A stretch of 55,830 nt of DNA, counting the filler, from Sphacelaria rigidula (taxonomy: Eukaryota): assembly GCA_964200075.2 (NCBI GenBank). It is 6 parts of 6 records of this genome, joined end to end, with 100 filler letters (N's around TTAATTAATTAA, not from the genome) between each part and the next. Parts side by side here need not be neighbours in the genome. Positions count along the whole stretch, not along the records: positions 18,645 to 27,866 come from CAXNAA020009007.1; positions 27,967 to 37,188 come from CAXNAA020009008.1; 4 more parts are not named here. One strand, given 5' to 3'. A program made the position numbers and the translations under genes. The notes below the pieces were generated by a model. The model had not been told where the DNA came from and searched no databases. It saw only the letters and a list, made by a program, of their open reading frames with translations. Of this stretch, positions 23,375 through 34,990 are shown piece by piece; within the stretch, counting starts at the first letter, position 1, and each line of letters begins with the position of its first letter.

Positions 23375-24367
23375 GTGCCGTTTGAACCTGCCGGGGCGTC
23401 TTCGCCTGCGCAGCTTGCGCAGCCGTGGCGTCAAGTGGGATTGGCAGCGCATCGATCGGCGGATGAACTTCCCGTGGAGTTTGCGGACAGATACATTCCT
23501 CCGGAATCGTGTCTTCCGGATCAATGGCAGCGTGGAGCCATTGTGGTTTGGTCTGTGTTGGATTCTGGCGCCCATTTCACTAGTCTGCCGGTGCAGATGC
23601 TGGAGATGCTGAAGCGTCTTTTCCCGGGTGTACCGCTGCGCATCCCGTTTTCGCTCGGGGCGCGGCAGGCAGTCACCGCGTCGGGTCAGCATGTTGCCGT
23701 CACGGAGCGTACTGTTCCGTTGCACCCGGCTTTGAAGACTGCCTGGGGGTTGGCGCCGTTGCCTCCGATCTCGTTTGCGACTATGCCGGGGTCGAATGGC
23801 GTTGTTCTTCTGGGGTTGCCGGCGCTTCAGGATCTAGGAGTCGACCTGTATGAGCGGTTGAAGGACTCCATCAAGACGCGGATGTCTCCGCCTGGTCCGC
23901 GCGTGGAGACGCCCGCCTTTCTGGGCAGTCGTCGCGTGAGCTTGTCGGTGGATGATTTTCAGCAGGCTGGGGAGCAGGTGACCGAGGAGCGGGATGCGGC
24001 GGCGGAACGCTTAGTAGAGTGCGGCCCGGACATGATCATGGACCCGGCGGAAGAGGAGTCCACTCGGAAGGTCGCGCTGGAGGAGAGCGTGACGGATGCT
24101 GTGGCGAAAGGCCTCAGCGTCCCTAAAGCGGAACGCCTGCGCGGCATCTTGCATCGCCGCGTCAACGCGTTTCGTCGTGCGCTGCGGGGTGATCCCCCTG
24201 CGCGCGTAGACCCCATACGTGTCCAGCTGAAACCTGGGGCGTCCGCGGTTCGCCGCGGCGGTACGATCCAGTGGAGTCAAGTTGGTTGGAGTTGTGCATG
24301 GCGGCTCTTTTGGCGCTCGGGTTGGTGTTACGGAATTTGCAGGCGGGGTGGTCCAGTCCAGATATGA
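23375..24367 (+). pseudogene. pol: Aspartic protease and RT N-terminal remnant
   Basis: SVLDSGAHFTSL (D[ST]GA), VVLLGLPALQDLG, then RRALRGDPPARVDPIRVQLKPGA. No YxDD motif follows. Confidence 0.85.
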
Positions 24368-24435
24368 CGTTTCCGAAAAAGGTTTCATCGTGAACGAAGA
24401 GCAGGCTGCAGGCGTGGGCGGCAGGGAAGGATCTG

Positions 24436-26107
24436 GTGGCTCATGCCGTGACGCTCTTCCATCCTTGTCCTGATTGTCAGGTGTTTATGTTGCCGGATGC
24501 ATCTGAGTGCCATTGGGGTAGTTCGGTCATGCAGGTGCCTACACTTGAAATGCAAATGCCTGTGCGCGCTGTAGCTGTGTATGGTCCGTGTGAACCTGAT
24601 GACTCGATGCCGTCCAAATCTGTTTTTCGCCAAGCGCAACGAAAAAACCTTGGGGCCGAAGATGCGGATATAAAATCTCCCGAGTCGGACGTCGGTACTG
24701 CTATTTTGGACAATGAAGGTTTCTTTCGAATGCATGTGCGTGGCCGAAACATTTTGTGGATTCCGAGTTCTGACAAGCAGTTACAGGTACGTCTGATGAT
24801 GTGCACGCAAATGCGCGACGCCGGGCATCGTGGTGCGGCTGCGATGCTCGTGCGCTTCAACGAGTTTTGTGTCTGGCAGGGGATAGAAACTCATGTGCGC
24901 GAAATTATCCGCCGGTGTCTTCACTGTGCTAACTCGAGGGCGGGCGATGTTGTTCCCCGCTCGCTCGGCGAAACGGTCCATGGGACCATGCCGAATGAAG
25001 GCGTTCATTTTGACTTGTACGTGGGCGAGAGTGGCCCGCTAGCTTCTCAGGGTTTGTCGGAGGATGATGGGTTTCGACACATGTTGGTAGTCATAGATAA
25101 TTCGAGCAACTTCGTGTCTCTAGAACTAGTAGTAGTGTGTACTGCTGAATCGACTGCTGTGTCTTTGCTAAAAAACCAACCTTCGGGGATGCCGCGTGTG
25201 TGGGTGAGTGATACCGCCACACATTTCAAGAATGTGATCTTGGCCCGATTGCGAGAGGCTTTGCGCGTTGATCACCAGTTTGCGGTAGCATATTCTCCGT
25301 GATCTGATGGTACGTGCGAACGCATGGTGAAGGAAGTGGTTCGTGCTCTCCGCTCTATTCTTCTCGAGCAGCGCAGAGCGGTTTCCGAGTGGGTGGACGT
25401 GTTGCCTGCGGTGCAATGGGCGCTTAATATAGCGCATCGTCGTCGGTACGGTAGTACGTCGTACCATGTGATGTTTGGTCGTGCTCCTCGGATGTCTTTC
25501 TCGTTGCTGACGTCTTCGTCGGCGGGGGAACGGAAGTGTGATATTTGGACGATGTTCAAATTTAGAGTGTATTGCAAGGAGTCTTGGACTTGCAAAAACG
25601 TTTCCACGTTCAAGTGCAGGAACGTGTTGTCACTGAAGGTGCGCGTAGATGCGAGGGGTCCTCGTCGGGGCTGGAACTGCCGAATTTTGAGGTGGGCGAC
25701 AGTGTCTTGTATGCACGCGTGCGTCGTCCGGGTCTTACGCCGAAGTTGATGGCGACGTGGGCTGGTCCATGGAAGTGGTTGGTGCTCACCGCCCGCACGT
25801 GTTTGAGATTCAGAACATTGTTTCGGGTCGTGTTCAGACCGCCCATGTAGCTCGTCTGCGTGTTTATGCAGACTCGCAGCTTAATGTTACGGCTGACGTT
25901 AAGGACGTATTCCAGCATGCTTTCAACCAGGGGCAATTTCAGATGGCTGGTATTGTCCGAGTGGCAGAAGCAGAGGATCGTTCGTTGATTGTGTTGGTCG
26001 ACTGGGTTGGTTTCGAAGTTGAGGAGCTTACGTGGGAGCCTTTCAGGGATATTTTTGAGGCCGCTTCGGAGCTTCTTACGAAGGAGTGGCGTGAATTGCG
26101 CGTGTGA
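24436..26107 (+). pseudogene. pol: RNase H trace, integrase (zinc finger plus core) and chromodomain remnant
   Basis: PDASECHWG; AGHRG...CLHC; HFDLY...VVIDN...VWVSDTATHFKN...YSP*SDGTCERMVKEV; WAGPW; LVDWVGFEVEELTWEP. Contains a stop and frameshifts. Confidence 0.9.
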
Positions 26108-26232
26108 TTCGTGCCGTTGCTGCTCGCATTTCGAGTGAATTTTGGTATTCAGTTGTGACTTACTCATCGTTTTGGCGTTTTCTATGTGTCAAGCTTGTTG
26201 ACCGATTTTCGTCCAACGCGCTTTGGGGGTGC

Positions 26233-26480
26233 TGTGACGAGAATACGCCGTTACGTTGAGTTGGTAGTGATGATCTGGTTAAGGACTGGTGGTAGTGATG
26301 ATCTAGATAATGATCGGGGGCACTACGTTGATACCCAGGCGTGTCTAGGAGGGTGCCTTGGAACGGCACTCCATGATAATGAGAATGTTGTAGAGGCTGA
26401 CAACTGAAACTGAGGCCAGCAAAACTGGGGAGTCTCTCAACAGCAGTGACCCACCAGTTCTTCTTCTTGCTGGCGTCACA
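26233..26480 (+). repeat. 3' LTR
   Basis: TGTGAC...GTCACA, preceded by G-rich TTTGGGGGTGC and followed by TSD CGCC. Confidence 0.9.
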
Positions 26481-27099
26481 CGCCCTTGAGGGCGAAAATC
26501 GCGATTTTTGGTTCTCAAGGAGGAGTCGATTGGCCGCTTGTGTAACCAGCATGCTATAGTAGTGCGCTGAATCGTTTACAGACAGGCACACAGACGGCGA
26601 TGTACTCTAAACCTGCGAGTGTCAAGTACGTGCCCACCTCGGTAGGCTGGTCACCATGTCACGGGTTAAGTGCTTCGGCTATCCATAGACCCACACATCA
26701 TGAGGTGCAGGGTCAAGCCGTGTCGGCTGTGCTTGCCCTCAAGTGATAGCATCACCACAAAGACACGTAATCGTCTACCCGTTGGAGCTCAATGCACGTT
26801 CTATCAACCACAGGGCCCACTTCGGCGCATGCGAAGCGGTAGCCCAGGGAGAAGTCTTCAAGAGGATGGAGCCGGCGCCTTGTAATACTTGCTTACTCGC
26901 TGATGGAAGGCTTTCTAAACAAGGTGGGGTCGGCAAGCTCAATTTACTGGGGTATGATCCGCTGTACTTTACACGAATGGAATATGGCATGCTTGGTGCG
27001 ACACAATGCCCCACAAACGTATTTTACAAGGACTACGGATACCACCTGTAACACAGGATACAATTGGGAGCCCGTCACCAGAGTATGCCACCAAATTAT

Positions 27100-27694
27100 T
27101 TCCCTCTCGAGGAACTCAAAACGACCAGAATAGTGAACACTGTTCTCACATGAGCCTCCAAAGGGTCAAAAAGTGCCCGCCCTCAATTAATAGGGGGTAC
27201 AGTATTTAGGACAGCACAGCCACCTTAGAGGATTGCTGTAAATGTTGATTATTTCAAGGAATAAAAAGTGACCAACACGGCGGATACGTACTTTCACGAA
27301 ATCCTCTGTGCCCACGCTCTGAAGGATTTTCACCATCTGGAGTCTTCGAGAGTATTTCAAAACAAACCTCCAAAAGTATTACAGAGGATAGCAAATCCTC
27401 TCAAGGAATCAAAAACGACCAACACCTGGCACACGTAATTTATAAAGTCCTCTGGAGGGCTAAACTGCTCACCACTGAAGGATTTTCTATATCCGAATTC
27501 CTCTAGAGTATTCTAAAACAAACCCTCCAAAGGATTGAACAAGATGGTAAATCTTTTCGAGGAATAAAAAACGACCAACATTGAGCGCACGTACTTTCAC
27601 GAAATCCTCTCGAGGACTTGAAAACGACCAACATCGGGTACACGCATTTTTAACAAAATCCTCTGGAAGATTCAACTGCCCATCCTCTAGACGG
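27100..27694. repeat. Degenerate tandem repeats (GAGGA...AAAACGACCAACA...AATCCTCT)
   Basis: Motif recurs at ~27110, 27258, 27405, 27560 and 27612 (mostly ~150-bp spacing) and contains CCTCYRGAGG palindromes. Confidence 0.65.
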
Positions 27695-27866
27695 GAGCCG
27701 ATTGGCCGTTTGTGTGGTACACCGATTTTTGCAAGAGCCCACCATCCCCACGCCCCTTTAACATCACTTTACACACCCTCGAAAAGTATTGTCCATGGTG
27801 GATGCTCCCGAAACACTGAAAACAGCCAATCATCTATGTTGAGGATGGTGCTTTTGATTGAGGATG

Positions 27867-27966
27867 NNNNNNNNNNNNNNNNNNNNNNNNNNNNNNNNNN
27901 NNNNNNNNNNTTAATTAATTAANNNNNNNNNNNNNNNNNNNNNNNNNNNNNNNNNNNNNNNNNNNN
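27867..27966. other. Artificial contig linker
   Basis: N44-TTAATTAATTAA-N44. Confidence 0.98.
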
Positions 27967-28139
27967 TTGAACAAGAGCCTTGAGTCAAGTAGTTATCAAC
28001 CTATTGTGCGTGAACCCGTCACGAGTTGTACCCCAGACAAGTGATTGCACTGCTGTGCTTGGTGTGTTCCTGCACTACAGTGAGAGATTCTGTAATAAAC
28101 CCTGACAACCTCGTGACACTTGGCGTCGACGGTAGGACT

Positions 28140-28774
28140 ATAGTACAGTATAGTGCAGTACGCCTCTCCGACTATAGCAGCAGCTGCCGCTACATACTCC
28201 CTTGCACGTTTTGGGTAGTTCTCAGCGACGGAGATCAGCGGCCTATACACAGCTTGTTCATCCCCACCCACTCCACATATGCTAACTGCACACTGTGAGT
28301 CATCGGCAGGGAGATAAGCAGAATTTATGACGGTAGCTCCTTTACTCTTTTCACTGTCAACCTGGGTTTAGTGCCTCGTGAAAATGACCGCATTGTAGCA
28401 TGTACACTCCTCCCCGGTTTTCCTCCTCTACCCTGTGCTCGTTTACTTACTACGTTTTAGTGTAGATTGGCGACCCAAAAAACTCCCGGGAAACCCCGGA
28501 AAGACTATACTAAACGCAAGTAATATGATAAGCCATGCTCCGAGCATGCTGGCTTCAGAGTCCTGGGGAGGCTTATCTGGGCTAAGGATAGGGCCCCCAC
28601 ACTATCTTTACAGTGACATCACACTCGGCAATAGTCCCCGCGCTGGTCGTTTGGGCCTGGTCGATAAATCTCGCCTCGCTGTGATTGGGCAGGTCGCTCC
28701 CTAACTTATTAAAAAATATTTCACCAACACATGGTCAACCGCGTGCTTGTGGGGGGGGTCGGTCGCAAAATATG
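28140..28774 (-). mobile_element. Second, partial copy of the piggyBac-like family
   Basis: Reverse complement aligns with 17250-17890. The terminus abuts TTAA at 28775-28778. Confidence 0.8.
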
Positions 28775-28780
28775 TTAAGA

Positions 28781-29111
28781 GGGCAAGCACTCGAGTCATT
28801 GCTCGTTGTCGAAAAAAGCAATAGGGCGGGCACTCGAGTCATTGCTTCTTGTGGAAAAACAATATTAGGGCGGGCACTCAAGTCATTGCTCGTTGTGGAA
28901 ACAAACAAAAGGGGGATCACTCGAGTCATTGCTCGTTGTGGGAACAAGCTAATAGGGCGAGCACTCGAGTCATTGCTCGTTGTAAAACAAAGTAATGACT
29001 TGGGCACACGAGTCATTGCTTGTTGTTTAAAAAAGTAGTAACTCGAGCACACGAGTCTTTGCTCGTTGTGAAACAAAGTGATGACTCGAGCACACGAGTC
29101 ATGCTCATTGT
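28781..29111. repeat. Tandem array of 8 units of 43-44 bp
   Basis: Units start at 28781, 28824, 28868, 28911, 28955, 28998, 29041 and 29084. Core GGGCGAGCACTCGAGTCATTGCTCGTTGT plus an A-rich ~14-bp linker. Confidence 0.92.
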
Positions 29112-30238
29112 CTTTTCAAAAAACATCCACGAGTGCACTCCTTTGGACGAGTAATGCCTCGTCCGACGTTCGAAATATTTCTACTCTAGAACCCCTATTG
29201 ATCTCGGGTTTTTGGGAAACTTTGTCAAACAGAAACCAAACACATCCTGCTCCAAGGGGCATATGGACACACAGCAGTTGCTGCTGCCTACATGGTATCA
29301 TCCTCCAACTCGAACGATGAGTGAGAACGCCCAGCGTGCAGCTGCTCGACGCGACCACTGCGTTCTTCCTCTGCCACGGACCCTTCCCCACGTACCCGAC
29401 GAGGGGGTAACATCCCCGTACAGACAGTAGTAATGCTAGCGAACCCTACGTCCTGACAGTCTGGCAGGCGTCATGTTGGTTATGGTCGTGTCCTTCTAGC
29501 GATACCAACGCACAGTGCACTGGAGCAGAGTTTTTAGGTGAGTATTTCGGCGACTGCCTCACCCGCAGTTCGCCCAGCGACCGTTAGGTTGAATTGTACA
29601 GTATAGAATATATTGCCGACTGTAATTTGTGTAATACAGCACGAGTGGTACTCGCACTTCAACTCGGTAACTGGAGCGCTATACTTCGAGACTAAAGTAG
29701 TGTGTAAAACCTCCCCCGATGTAGAATGCTATATGCGACTTTCGCACCGTAGCGGCTGTGTTACCATACAGCTTCGCCCAAGATATAGTGGGGGGTGATG
29801 TCCTGCGTACGCATTGGCCGCAGGTACAAGCGGCTGAGTTCATGATGTGGTGAACTGCATAGGACAGCGCGATACCAATGCAGGAGAGGGATAGACTCAG
29901 GATGTGACGTTCTGCAGTGTGTTTTGTCACCCTGCACCCTGCAGCTGTGCAGTGGGCAGGTAGTATCGCCGAGACGTCACACTGCGGTTGGTACACAGTG
30001 TCAAACACAGCAGCAAGGAATGCCCAACATTGAGGTAGTGGCAGTTCACAAGGAAAACTACCTGATAGTGTACTTATTCAGTTGTGGAAAGGAATATCAG
30101 GTTCCGAAGGAAATGCAACATGACACGACACTCTCTCAACTTTCAGACTCTTTTACTTGAAAAAAAAGAAAAGTTGTTTGTCCATTTAATGGACATATTT
30201 CCCCTTTCCATCTATCTCTCTCCCCCGGCGCCTTGCAG

Positions 30239-30523
30239 CCTACTCCTCGTCACTCTTCGATCCACGTCTCAGACAAAGATGCTCCCCCAAACACCAACAA
30301 CGGGGAAGAGAAAGCCAAGTCTACGCCCAAAGAAACAATGTCCGCCGGCAAGCTGGCCCTGCTCAACGACCAAACAAAAGTCTTTTTCGCCGCGCGATCC
30401 GACTATGACAAAGATGCCTTCATGTACCTCGACGGCGAGGCATTTAAGATCGTCAAACAAGATATAATGATCGACTCACGCGTATATCTACATCTGGTAT
30501 CATGCTCCAAGTCGAAGTTTTGA
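30239..30523 (+). CDS. Possible isolated exon or gene fragment, weakly EF-hand-like
   Basis: Pyrimidine tract plus TTGCAG acceptor at 30238, then an open frame rich in C-ending codons (KVFFAARSDYDKDAFMYLDGEAFKIVK). No partner exons found. Confidence 0.3.
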   Translation, partial: PTPRHSSIHVSDKDAPPNTNNGEEKAKSTPKETMSAGKLALLNDQTKVFFAARSDYDKDAFMYLDGEAFKIVKQDIMIDSRVYLHLVSCSKSKF

Positions 30524-31679
30524 GTGAGAACGCCCAGGGTTTCGTGCCCTCTCGCAGGCGGGCGCGTATATTTACATGTCGCCATCATACTGAACTGCGA
30601 CAACGGTACGACACTATCTCGATTCTTTTTTGCTACAGTTTCCCACTTCAAAACCCCTACTTGGTGCCCATGTACAAGGATGACAGAGTAAGTTCCGGCT
30701 GCCGATGTCTGCAACGACAGCGATCGGCCGCAGGTATATCTATACATGTCGCCATCATCCTGAACTGCGACAAAACACTGGGAAAGCTTGCAAAGGGAAA
30801 TGTCGTGAACGTGGTGTGGCCAAAGGAATATCCAACATTGAGGTGGTGGCAGTTGCAACCGGTTTTACCGCCGCAATCCAAGACCGCAACGTCACAAACA
30901 CCAAAATAATTTGGAATTGGAAGCGCCCTGGACATAGGGCAACCTATTGTGTAGTGTCGTATGAAAGAAACGTAATGAGCGCCCGAATGTCTAGAGTAGA
31001 GGTGGGAAAGGTGCTCCGTCTCCGAAGGGATGCGTGGTCAATTCCAATTTTGCGAAGTGAATCTGGTTCTGCTCCGGGTAAAAACTCGACTCACCGTTCT
31101 TTTGTGACTCGATGTTTGCGAATTGATTTTTGCGACTCTTGTTTTGCTAGATTTCCCACTCTAAACCCCATTGGTTTCGGGTTTTTGGGGAATTCTTCGT
31201 CAGTCAGAAACCAGACGCATCTTGCACAAAGAGGCACCTGGACACACAACAGTTGTTGCTGCTGCTTTCCTAGTATCATCCTCCAAATCGAACGATGAGT
31301 GAGAACGCCCAACGTGCAGCTGCTGGACGTGACCACTGCGTTTCGACAAGGGGGCAACATCCCCGTACAAACAGTAGTAATGGTAGTGGATTCTACATCG
31401 TGACAGTCTGGCAGCCGGCAAGATAGTTATGGCAGTGTCCTTCTAGTGATATCAACTTACAGTGCACTGGAGCAGAGTTTGCAGGTAAATATATTTCGGC
31501 GATTGCCGCACCTGCAGTTTGCCCAGACGTTGCGATTTGTTTATGATTTTACAGTGTAACATGACATACATGTGGAAATGTACCAGACCCTACATTATAC
31601 GTGGAGATGTACCAGACCCTGGACAAAATATTATACAGTCAGTATGAACACGATGTTAAAAGTGTATTGCGCACAGTAT

Positions 31680-31790
31680 GTTGGGTGTTGTTGTTGTCCC
31701 ATCTATTCTGGACGCCGGTTTCCACCTTTCGGTATACGTGGGCGCACCAGCCGGGGTCACACAGGAGGTAGGCCACCACAGGATTGTTTC
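31680..31790 (-). mobile_element. 3' fragment of the SINE family seen at 55188-55615
   Basis: CATCTATTCTGGACGCC...CACCTTTCGGTATA...GCGCACCAGCCGG is shared with 55199-55255; (TGT)n tail. Confidence 0.7.
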
Positions 31791-32341
31791 TGGGTGGGCA
31801 GCCACTACAGCGGCGGAGGCGGCCTTTCGCTCCTACGTGCGCCACCTGGGGCAAACGCATGCTGTAGCTGCAACACGGGCAGCTTTACAAAATCTGGCGT
31901 AGCGATATAGCGCGTAGCGGGGGGTGATATCCCGCGTACACGTTGGCCGCAGGTACCAGCGGCTGCGTTCATGATGTGGCGAACTGCATAGGACAGCGCG
32001 ATATCAATGGAGGAGAGGCATATACTCAGGATGTGACGTCCTGCAGTGTGTTTTGTCACCCTGCACCCTGCCACTGTGCAGTGGGCAGGTAGTACCGCCG
32101 AGACGTCACATTGCGGTTGGCACGCAGTGTTGAAAACAGCAGCAAGCAGCATATTTGATATACATGGATGTATGTTCTAAGCCGATGCGCACACACACAG
32201 CAATTACTATTACCATCACACATCGATTAGGGGGATATCCTCCCTCCTCAAGTAGGATACCAGGGGTCCCCTCCCCCGCCTTCCCTCCTACGGCCCCAGA
32301 ATGAGGTCTGGGCGACCTGGGGGGGGTCGTGCCGTCATTTC

Positions 32342-32739
32342 CCGACTGGAGTTGGACGTATGCTATGTCCAAGTCGCGATTTGGCGACTTGGACATACGC
32401 TATATCCGCGTCCAGCGAGTGGAATACCTGTCCGCGCTCGTCCCATGAGCCTTGTGCCGACACCACAGCAGCTGCGATACACTCACATAGTCCGTAGCCA
32501 TCGTTGAAGCTATCGTGGGGTGCAAACGGCGTCGTAGCGGACGAGAAACGCGCCAGCTACATTGCGCACACACAGTGCCAAAAAATACCGCCAATCGACT
32601 GGAGGTGGACATAATGAGCTGTATCCAAGTCCAGCGAGTGGAATACGTGTCCGCGCTCGCCCCATGCGTCTTGTGTCGACACCATAGCAGCTGCAATACA
32701 CTCACCCAGTCTGTAGCCACCGGTCAAGCCATCGTGGGC
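32342..32739 (-). repeat. Inverted copy (~2 units) of the 34075-34990 satellite
   Basis: Reverse complement is nearly identical to 34186-34564. Confidence 0.9.
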
Positions 32740-33212
32740 CGCTAGATATACAACGCTGGCCTTCTTCCTCGCAGCTCCTACAGCCGTGGGAAATGGACCC
32801 ACTGGTTGTGTGTCGAGGACATCGTCGGTGCGACGAAGAAAGGGTCGATTTATGGATCCACATTTGCGGCTGGTACGGGTTATCTGCGCTTCTTACCCAA
32901 CAGCCCAATGTTACACGGGTAGTGGGAAATACACACAAATCATGTTTGAAGTTGGTATCACCGGTCTCAACGTTGATAAGGTACGGCGCGAGACAGCTGA
33001 GCAGCGTGTACATCTACACGTTATTGAACACTGTAGATACATGCTCACGCTGCCTACAACCTCAATAAAATCGCGGAATAATGCGGGTAGAACGTACTGG
33101 CGGCAATGATCTGTTGGCATTCTTGTCTGCAACGCAGCCGCCATTAGTCGCAAGCACATGATTACGTGCTCCCATGCCCTCAGCCAACATTGCTCATGTC
33201 CAAGTTGCCTAA

Positions 33213-34071
33213 GGGTCGTTATTATCGACACAGTTTTTTGGGAGATCGTTCTGAGTTTAGGCGTTTTCGCACCTTTTTTAGAACCTTCTCCCAAAGTGAA
33301 GCGGCGAGAGTTTTTCGCCAAGCCTTCACGTTTGGCGAATGCCTAATATTTCGGACCCCAGCACAATACTCCGCAGAGCTGCCCTTGGCGCACGTCGCGG
33401 TGCTCGCAAGCATGCGAGAAGCATCAGGAACCTTGCTACTGACACCCTGGGCTATGTCGTAGAGTAAAAAGCACCGCGGGTTGGTGGTATCTATCTCCTT
33501 AGACGGTGCGTGCCCTGGCAGTGGTGTTGGAGCTGTTGGGGCCAAGCACGGGGGTCGTCGTTTGCAGACATACGCACTTTCGAAGCGAAGAACAGAAACA
33601 ACCCAGTAGCTACCTACTTGCCTGCAGTGCTGCTACGAGTGCACGCTACTGCACCGTCTGAAAAGTGTATATCTGGTGGTTTTATTGGGTGTAGCTGCGC
33701 ATTCAACTCACAGAAAGCAAGCATGCTGCAATCTATGCACGGGACTTTCTACAGTCGGTATTTTTACTCATGTGTACTGCTGCAGCATCCCGAGAGAGCC
33801 GGTCGATGGCGCCCTAGCCTGTCCGACTGCCCCCCCGTGTCACAGAGAGGTTGTGAGAAATATGCCCTCCACAGTCATGAACGCCATACACGGGCAGGTA
33901 GCATAACCCCATCCTTTATTTTGACGGCGAAGGCAAGCAAACAACGAGATCAGCACCATCTGTAATGAGATATCTAACAGCAACAGTATATCTATATAAT
34001 AACGAGCCCTAGGCGAATACCGGAATTTCAGACCTTCTCCCATCTTGTCTATTTGTCGATAATAAAGGCCC
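33213..34071. mobile_element. Non-autonomous PIF/Harbinger-like element
   Basis: TIR GGGTCGTTATTATCGACA / TGTCGATAATAAAGGCCC with 3-bp TSD TAA (33210-33212, 34072-34074). Removing it restores a satellite unit (ATGTCCAAGTTGCC-TAA-GTCGGG...). Confidence 0.8.
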
Positions 34072-34074
34072 TAA

Positions 34075-34990
34075 GTCGGGTTTTTGACAAAAGCTATGTC
34101 CAACTCCAGTCCGGTGCAGATGTATTTTTTGGCACTGTTTGTGTGCAGCAGGCGCGTTTCTGCTCCGCTACGACGCCGTTTGAATCCAACGATGGCTTGA
34201 ACGGTGGCTATAGACTGGGTGAGTGTATTGCAGCTGCTATGGTGTCGACACAAGACGCATGGGGTGAGCGCGGACACGTATTCTTCCACTCGCGGGATTC
34301 GGATATAGCGGTTGGCGGTATTTTTTGGCACTGTGTGTGCGCAATGTAGTTGGCGCGTTTCTCGTCCGCTACGACGCCGTTTGCATCCCACGATAGCTTC
34401 AACGATGACTACGGACTATGTGAGTGTATCGCAGCTGCTGTGGTGTAGGCACAAGGCTCATGGGACGAGCGCGGACAGGTATTCCACTCGCTGGACGCGG
34501 ATATAGCGTATGTCCAAGTAGCCAAGTCGCGACTTTGACATAGCATACGTCCAACTCTAGTCGGTTAGCGGTATTTGTTGGCACTGTGTGTAGCGGGCGC
34601 GTTTCTCGTCCGCTACGACGCCGTTTGCACCGTGCACGATGGCCACGGACTGTGTGAGTGTATTGCAGCTGCTGTAGCGTCGACACAAGGCACTTGGGAC
34701 AAGCACGGATAGGTGTTCCACTTGCTGGGGTTGAACATGAGCTGCGACTTGGACGTAGCTCATGCCCACCTCGAGTCGGGCGGCGGTATATTTTGGCACC
34801 GTGCAGCAGGCGCGTTTCTCGCCCGCTACGAGGCCGTTTGCACCGTGCGATGGTCTAAACGATGGCTACGGACTATGTGAGTGTATTTCGGGTGTTGTGG
34901 TGTCGATGCACGGCACATGGGACGAACGCGGGCAGGCAGTCAAGTCGCAGCTGGACTTGGACATAACTATGTCCAAGCCGCGACTTGGAA
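34075..34990 (+). repeat. Tandem satellite, ~4 units of ~200-250 bp
   Basis: Recurrent GGCGCGTTTCTCGTCCGCTACGACGCCGTTTGCA...GTGAGTGTAT at ~34150, 34353, 34596 and 34809. Confidence 0.88.

Larger units (their letters stand above)
21215..26480 (+). mobile_element. Ty3/Gypsy LTR retrotransposon with chromodomain; boundary-complete, RT/RNase H largely deleted
   Basis: LTRs 21215-21878 (with MITE insertion) and 26233-26480, termini TGTGAC...GTCACA, 4-bp TSD CGCC (21211-21214, 26481-26484). Order gag-PR-(RT/RH traces)-IN-chromo. Confidence 0.93.
29170..32135 (+). repeat. Diverged ~0.9-kb direct duplication (29170-30050 and 31150-32135)
   Basis: Shared blocks such as GTATCATCCTCCAA.TCGAACGATGAGTGAGAACGCCCA and CTGCAGTGTGTTTTGTCACCCTGCACCCTGC. 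Further fragments at 30520, 30820-30950 and 35395-35470. Confidence 0.85.

Noticed and set aside
28781..29111. CRISPR array
   Set aside because: Linkers are only 14-15 bp, A-rich and related to each other. No cas genes, and the context is eukaryotic repeat DNA.
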